Positions 36,941 to 42,276 of a stretch of 42,276 nucleotides of DNA are shown here, in pieces. The notes under the pieces are model-generated. The model worked only from the letters and a program-made list of their open reading frames with translations. It had not been told where the DNA came from and searched no databases. The DNA comes from a virus. The stretch spans positions 1-42,276 of IMG/VR virus record IMGVR_UViG_3300045988_117550, one strand, 5' to 3'. Numbering within the stretch: the stretch's first letter is position 1; each line of letters begins with the position of its first letter. The position numbers and the translations under genes were made by a program.

Positions 36941-37328
36941 TGTACCAATAAGAACAACGGCTATACAATGGGTAAACGGTGTACCGGAACCCATTGTAAA
37001 GCATATAACCCCTACGTCCGTAAAAACTCTTGCAACAACGGCACTATCTATGCCATATCAAGGCGAATATAACGAAGAGCTTGACATGTACATTATCGAG
37101 CCACGATTTGCAGGTATGACTAATGCAGAAGTTATGTGGATACGGACGGCAGAAAAGGCAGCGAGTGGGGACTTAGCTGCTACTAACTTAATCCTAGATA
37201 GAGTTTTAGGAAAACCAAAACAAAGTGTAGAAAGTATGTCTATGTCTATGTCTTACCCAGAATTTCTGGAATTTCTTGCAAAAAAAGAGGATAACAAAAA
37301 TGGCGGAATTGAGCCAAACGGCTATTAG
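36915..37328 (+). CDS. Putative small terminase subunit. The start is uncertain.
   Basis: Position immediately upstream of the large terminase. Helical pattern ATNLILDRVLGKP. Confidence 0.35.
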   Translation: MRRIKLGSNVPIRTTAIQWVNGVPEPIVKHITPTSVKTLATTALSMPYQGEYNEELDMYIIEPRFAGMTNAEVMWIRTAEKAASGDLAATNLILDRVLGKPKQSVESMSMSMSYPEFLEFLAKKEDNKNGGIEPNGY

Positions 37329-38889
37329 ATTAAATGAAAGACTAACTAAAGATTTCCCATTCTTTGCGAAAAACTGTTTAAAGGTTTTGAACAAAGCGGG
37401 GCAGTTAGTGCCGTTTGAGTTAAATGCGGCTCAAAAGCTCGTACACGCTCACGCAGAGGATATGCTACGCAGAACAGGCAGAGTTCGTTTGTTAGTCCCA
37501 AAAGCAAGACAGGGCGGAGTTAGTACGTACACATCTGGTAGATTCTACCATAAGAACAACCGTGTCCCTAATCGTATGACATTTATTCTTTCGCACCAAG
37601 CAAAGACTACGGACAAACTTTTTGATATGGCAGATAGATACCATGAAAATTGCCCAGAGGCAGTACGCCCGAAAGTTCTTGTAGATAACTCCCGTCAATT
37701 AGTTTTTGAAAATGGGAGCGAGTACGCCGTAGGTACTGCGGGTAGCGGTGATGTAGGTCGTGGTTTTACAATTCATCAGTTGCACTTATCAGAGGCAGCA
37801 TTTTTTGAGAATACTGATGATTTAGACACGGGTATCTTACAGGCGGTATCTGATGAACCCGGAACAGAAATTATTGTCGAGTCAACCGGTAACGGGATTG
37901 GTAATTGGTTTTACAGGGCTTGTATGGACGCATTAAAAGGTATTGGCGATTATGAGCTTGAATTTATCCCGTGGTTTGTTATGCCGGAATATAGAAGAGA
38001 ATTACCGGAGGACTTTGTTATTACGCCTGATGAACAGGATTACAAAGAGCTTTATAACCTAGACGACCAACAGATTTATTGGCGTAGAAAAAAGATTGAA
38101 ACATTAAAAAGTGAATGGAAGTTTAAGCAAGAATACCCAGCGAATATTGATGAGTGCTTTCAAACTTCTGGCGATCCGTTAATCAATACCGAAAAGGCTA
38201 TGGCAGCGCGTAAGTGTAAAATGGCTATGAACCCACAAGCCCCATTGATTATGGGCGTGGATCCAAAGGGTAGTGGTAAAGATGAGGCGGGTATAGTTTT
38301 CAGACGTGGTGATGTTATCCCCGGCTATAAATTGTATTTAGGGGAAATGGACCCTATGCGATTTGCGGGAATTTGCCAAAATCTTATCGATACAATGAAA
38401 GTAGATAAGATGTTTATTGATAACGGTTATGGCTATGCTATTGCACGTCGTATGTGGGAAAACGGATATAGAGATATTGTACAAACGGTAGATTTTTCAG
38501 AGGGCGCATTAGATCCGGACAGATTTTTAAATAAGCGTGCCGAAATGGGCGTTACCTATAAGGAATGGTTTGAAGAGGGTAACGTATCTATCCCAGACAC
38601 GGACGAGTTTTATGCGGATACGGTATGCGTCCCTCATGAAGTAGAAACATCAAACGGGAAACTAAAACTTGTCCCAAAAGACGATATAAGAAAAGCGATA
38701 GGACGTTCGCCTACTCTGTTTGACGCAGCGATATTGACGTTTGCGTATCCAGTACGCAAAGCCAATGCCAATGCTAAAGAGAGATTTAAAAAAGCGAATA
38801 CAGAGCATAAAGGCCCGTTAAAGACTTTGAACAGAACACGAAATAGCAGAATGAAAGGTAAAGAGGAGGTTTCAGTATGGCACCCTTAA
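37276..38889 (+). CDS. Terminase large subunit.
   Basis: P-loop variant LLVPKARQGGVST. Nuclease region GVDPKGSGKDEAGIV. Confidence 0.8.
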   Translation: MQKKRITKMAELSQTAIRLNERLTKDFPFFAKNCLKVLNKAGQLVPFELNAAQKLVHAHAEDMLRRTGRVRLLVPKARQGGVSTYTSGRFYHKNNRVPNRMTFILSHQAKTTDKLFDMADRYHENCPEAVRPKVLVDNSRQLVFENGSEYAVGTAGSGDVGRGFTIHQLHLSEAAFFENTDDLDTGILQAVSDEPGTEIIVESTGNGIGNWFYRACMDALKGIGDYELEFIPWFVMPEYRRELPEDFVITPDEQDYKELYNLDDQQIYWRRKKIETLKSEWKFKQEYPANIDECFQTSGDPLINTEKAMAARKCKMAMNPQAPLIMGVDPKGSGKDEAGIVFRRGDVIPGYKLYLGEMDPMRFAGICQNLIDTMKVDKMFIDNGYGYAIARRMWENGYRDIVQTVDFSEGALDPDRFLNKRAEMGVTYKEWFEEGNVSIPDTDEFYADTVCVPHEVETSNGKLKLVPKDDIRKAIGRSPTLFDAAILTFAYPVRKANANAKERFKKANTEHKGPLKTLNRTRNSRMKGKEEVSVWHP

Positions 38890-39224
38890 TTCCAATATTT
38901 GTAGCAGTCGGCACCGCAGTCGGTGCGTCAGCTAGTACGGCCGCAGTCGTTGGTGGTGCGGTAACGGCGTTAGCAGTCGGTGGTGTAGCGGCTGGTACGG
39001 CGGCAATAGCAAATTCCGCTGGCAAATCTTCCGGGGCAAAAAAGGCCGCTAATTCAATGTTAGCACAACAACAGGCTCAACAGTCCGCGGGGGATAAAGC
39101 AAGTTTAGACTCGGGTGGTGAAACAGGTACAAGTGCTTCACGCTCACAGGCATTATATTCTAACGGATCTTCTGGGATTCTTGGGAATGCGTCCGTAGGT
39201 CGCAGACAGTTACTCGCAACATAG
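38877..39224 (+). CDS. Gly/Ala-rich hydrophobic protein.
   Basis: Composition. Position between the terminase and portal genes. Confidence 0.4.
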   Translation: MAPLIPIFVAVGTAVGASASTAAVVGGAVTALAVGGVAAGTAAIANSAGKSSGAKKAANSMLAQQQAQQSAGDKASLDSGGETGTSASRSQALYSNGSSGILGNASVGRRQLLAT

Positions 39225-39236
39225 AGGTAATAAGAC

Positions 39237-40955
39237 ATGGCTAGTTCAAGAATTAATAATATTTTTCAGAGATTTAAGGTTTTGAAGAACAACAAACAAA
39301 GCCTTAAATCGTTATTCCAACTAATAAGTGAGTATGTGTATAACAGAAAGTATGACGGGCAAGACATACCTAACGCGGGGATATTTGCTGATGAAGATAT
39401 TTACGACAATACGGCGCAACGCGCCAACGGTATTATGGCTAATGTTATGGTTAATAATATTTGGCCTAACGGTCCTCGTACCTTTTCTCTTGGCCGTACT
39501 TGGGATACGCCCGATACAGAAGAAGTAAAAACATATTTTTCTTACGTCAATCAGCAAATGTATTCCGTTATGGATAATACAAAAGCAGGGTTACAAACCG
39601 CACTAGATGAGTATATGCTAGATCAGGGGGCATTCGCTACGAGCGGTATTTACGTTAAGGAAAAGGAAGACGATAGGGCTGTACCAGTACGATACGAGGC
39701 GTGGAGTATAAAAGGACGTTATATTGATGAGGGCCCAGACGGGAATATAGATACTATTTTTTCTGAAATATCCATGTCAGTAAGGAATGCCGTAAAGGTT
39801 TATGGCTACGAGAACTTGTCGGCAAGAGTTAGAAAAGACTTTGACAATGGGGACATTGAAAACAAAGTAAAAATTTTACATGTTATTGAGCCTCGATTAG
39901 AAAGAGATAAAAGTAAAAAGGGCGTAAAGGATATGCCTATTGCGTCTATTCATATTGAGGTGGATACAAGAAAAATTTTAAAAGAAAGTGGTATGGAAGA
40001 AATGCCGGTATTTATTGGCAGATTTTCTAAAGTACCGGGGGAAATTTACGGACGCTCTCCGGCTATGGTGGCCATGGCTGATATTCTTGAAATAAACGCA
40101 GTCCGTGAGGCTATATCTATTGCTACTGAAAAACAACTTGATCCGCCTATGGCCGTGTACGACGACGGGGCGTTAGGAGCTGGTGCAATAGATACAAGTG
40201 CGGGGGCTATAAATGTTTTCTCTGTTACAGGTAGGTTGAATGCGGGTAAACCGATAGAACCACTTTACACCGTTGGGGAATTGCAAAGCTCTTACACTCA
40301 TATTGATACATTAAAAGAAACTATCAATAACCATTTTTACCTAGATAGATTATTGGACTTTAACAATGAAACCCGTATGACTTTAGGTGAGGCACAATTA
40401 AGGAACGCATTACGCGGTCAGTCTTTAGGTGCTTTTTATGCACGACAAGAGAATGAAGTTATTACGCCTATGATTGAAAGAACATTTAATATTCTTTTAA
40501 AATTGGGGCGCTTAGGCGTAATACAGGGGAGTAAAGAAGAAGTAGAGCAATTAAAACGTGGAATGCAACCGGTATATATTCCGGAGGAGCTTGTTCAAAG
40601 AATGATGAACGGGGAAGATTTTTATGAGATTACGTATCTTTCACCAGCAAAAAGGACAATGCAATCCGAAGAACTTAGGGGCATTATCGAAACAGCTAAT
40701 TTTGCGGTACAAGTTGCCCCGGCAAGTCCAGAAATTATTGACAATATTGACTTTGATAAGTTGATAGCCCGCGTTGCGAAATTGAGCGGTGCGCCTATGG
40801 AACTTATTAAGGATAGCGATACTGTTAAGAAGATTAGAGAGGCAAGAGCTAAGCAGCAAGAAGAAATAGCTAAAATGGAACAAGCAAGACAACAGAGCGA
40901 AATAGGGCGTAATGTTGCACAAATGAACGCTATGCAAAAACAGGAGGCGGCATAA
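39237..40955 (+). CDS. Portal protein (podovirus head-to-tail connector).
   Basis: Size. Position before the scaffold and capsid genes. Confidence 0.7.
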   Translation: MASSRINNIFQRFKVLKNNKQSLKSLFQLISEYVYNRKYDGQDIPNAGIFADEDIYDNTAQRANGIMANVMVNNIWPNGPRTFSLGRTWDTPDTEEVKTYFSYVNQQMYSVMDNTKAGLQTALDEYMLDQGAFATSGIYVKEKEDDRAVPVRYEAWSIKGRYIDEGPDGNIDTIFSEISMSVRNAVKVYGYENLSARVRKDFDNGDIENKVKILHVIEPRLERDKSKKGVKDMPIASIHIEVDTRKILKESGMEEMPVFIGRFSKVPGEIYGRSPAMVAMADILEINAVREAISIATEKQLDPPMAVYDDGALGAGAIDTSAGAINVFSVTGRLNAGKPIEPLYTVGELQSSYTHIDTLKETINNHFYLDRLLDFNNETRMTLGEAQLRNALRGQSLGAFYARQENEVITPMIERTFNILLKLGRLGVIQGSKEEVEQLKRGMQPVYIPEELVQRMMNGEDFYEITYLSPAKRTMQSEELRGIIETANFAVQVAPASPEIIDNIDFDKLIARVAKLSGAPMELIKDSDTVKKIREARAKQQEEIAKMEQARQQSEIGRNVAQMNAMQKQEAA

Positions 40956-41251
40956 TGACAGAGGGAAAAACGACAAGTAAGCAAAGTGCGGAGGAAATTG
41001 CGAAAAAGTTAAGAGCCGAGTTAAGGGCAAATTTTGACGCAGTAGCGAAAACCCCGGAGGGCAAGAAAGTCCTACGTTGGATTATGAATTATAGCGGGTA
41101 TGGAAAAACCAGCATGATAATGAACCCAAACACTTGCGAAATCAACACGATAGGCGTTGTATATAACGAGGCACGAAAAGATGTGTACTATGCTATACGA
41201 CGCTTACTAAGTCCTAATTTTGTGAATGAAATCGAAAAAATGGAGGAATAA
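40955..41251 (+). CDS. Hypothetical protein.
   Basis: ORF with ATGA start-stop overlap. Confidence 0.4.
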   Translation: MTEGKTTSKQSAEEIAKKLRAELRANFDAVAKTPEGKKVLRWIMNYSGYGKTSMIMNPNTCEINTIGVVYNEARKDVYYAIRRLLSPNFVNEIEKMEE

Positions 41252-41256
41252 CGACA

Positions 41257-42156
41257 ATGAAAAAATTTAGACTTTACGGGATTGGCCCATGTTATCTAGT
41301 GGACGACGGACAGGGTGATTCACAGGGCGGAGCTGGTGGAACTGGGGACGGCACAGGCGGTAACGCTGATTTTAATTTTGAAGAGTTTAAGTCAACTTAC
41401 GGTAAGAATTATGCTGATAAAGGCTTTATGCAAGAATTGACAACACCAGAAAAAATGTTTGAAAAGATTGATAACATGGAGTCCTTAATCGGTAAAAAGT
41501 CTTTTGTACCGGGTGAGGGCGCAACTGAACAAGACTGGAATGATTATAGGGACAGAGTTGGGATTAAATCTACTGACGATTATACTCTTGATAATTCAGA
41601 TTTACCGGATAATATAAAAAATTTACATAATGATGAGATACAGGGCAAAGTCAAGCAAATGTTTTATGACGCCGGCCTAACTCCGCAACAGGCGAAAATT
41701 ATCAATTCGCGATACGATCAGATTATGACAGAGGCTCATAAAGACGTCATGGAACAATACGCGGCTCAACAAAAACAAGCCCAATTGTCAGATGAAGAGT
41801 TTGACGCATTAGCAAAAGAAACGTGGGGGCAAGAACGCGATAATGTTATTAACGTAGCAAAATCTTTAATTCAAGAGTTTACGCCACCTAACTTAAAAGA
41901 CGCTATGGCTACAATGGATAATAAGAGCTTAACCATTATGGCAAGCGTATTAAAAGGCGTTTCTGATAAATACATTTCGCAAGACGATTTAGACGCCCTT
42001 AAAGGTAATAGCGTTAATAATCCGGACTCATTAAGAGAAGAGGCTCAAAAAGAATTGGCGAAATTATCGCAAATGAGTCAATTCGATAAAGGCTATGAGG
42101 CTCAAAAACAAAAAGTAAATGAGCTTTACGGATCCTTATCCAAAAACACAAAATAA
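41257..42156 (+). CDS. Scaffolding protein candidate.
   Basis: Acidic helical protein sitting between the portal and capsid genes. Confidence 0.5.
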   Translation: MKKFRLYGIGPCYLVDDGQGDSQGGAGGTGDGTGGNADFNFEEFKSTYGKNYADKGFMQELTTPEKMFEKIDNMESLIGKKSFVPGEGATEQDWNDYRDRVGIKSTDDYTLDNSDLPDNIKNLHNDEIQGKVKQMFYDAGLTPQQAKIINSRYDQIMTEAHKDVMEQYAAQQKQAQLSDEEFDALAKETWGQERDNVINVAKSLIQEFTPPNLKDAMATMDNKSLTIMASVLKGVSDKYISQDDLDALKGNSVNNPDSLREEAQKELAKLSQMSQFDKGYEAQKQKVNELYGSLSKNTK

Positions 42157-42157
42157 C

Positions 42158-42276
42158 AACTTCTCCCCGAGAGCATGGAATAGCGGACAGTTTTTGTCCG
42201 CTATTTGCTTTTATATATCTTAATCAACGGAACTCTTGAAAACTTTACAAACACTTGACGAGTTTATAAAAAAAGT
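42158..42276. repeat. Second copy of the 119-bp terminal redundancy, including a duplicate of the terminator at 42182-42207.
   Basis: Exact match to positions 1-119. Confidence 0.95.

Noticed and set aside
1-42276. Temperate lifestyle, suggested by the CI/Cro-like switch.
   Set aside because: No integrase, recombinase, excisionase-integrase pair or attP-like tRNA fragment is recognisable. The switch is more likely early/late timing control in a virulent phage.

Overview
The window is a complete, circularly permuted podovirus genome of about 42.2 kb, with no integrase. Positions 1-119 are repeated exactly at 42158-42276, so the unique length is 42,157 bp.

The + arm (about 36.3 kb, wrapping through the end to 18.6 kb) carries a T7-like morphogenesis module in T7 gene order: an acidic protein, a putative small terminase, large terminase, a Gly/Ala-rich protein, portal, a 98-aa protein, scaffold, major capsid protein, a 164-aa protein, tail tubular A and B, a gp13-slot GNAT-like protein, gp14/15/16-like internal virion proteins (a 1650-aa giant) and a tail fiber. 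A diversity-generating retroelement (DGR) follows, then a lysis cassette (holin and amidase_2 endolysin).

The - arm (34.0 kb down to 18.65 kb) carries early and replication genes: a DnaJ-domain protein, Dam N6A-MTase, Dcm C5-MTase, prim-pol/D5-like primase-helicase, SNF2 helicase, a Cas4-like DUF2800 nuclease, SSB-like protein, family A DNA polymerase, an HNH endonuclease and a RuvC-like resolvase. The arms converge on a bidirectional terminator at 18633-18667. They diverge from a 2.3-kb AT-rich control region (34041-36334).

No RNA polymerase, sigma factor, tRNA or CRISPR array is recognisable.

The headline finding is the DGR. The C-terminal 113 bp of the tail-fiber gene (the variable region, VR) differs from a downstream template repeat (TR) only at TR adenines. 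An SQ-type reverse transcriptase follows. No Avd-like accessory gene is present, and the RT has a roughly 110-aa C-terminal extension preceded by a perfect internal Shine-Dalgarno.

Two further observations stand out. A 10-nt motif, TTGTCGAACA, recurs nine times, always 20-40 nt upstream of an operon start and in the same orientation as the gene, with no cognate polymerase or factor identifiable. Separately, a lambda-like switch is present: divergent sigma70-type promoters each carry a 25-bp operator repeat in the spacer, flanking a 79-aa HTH regulator. The control region also carries an iteron cluster, a candidate origin.
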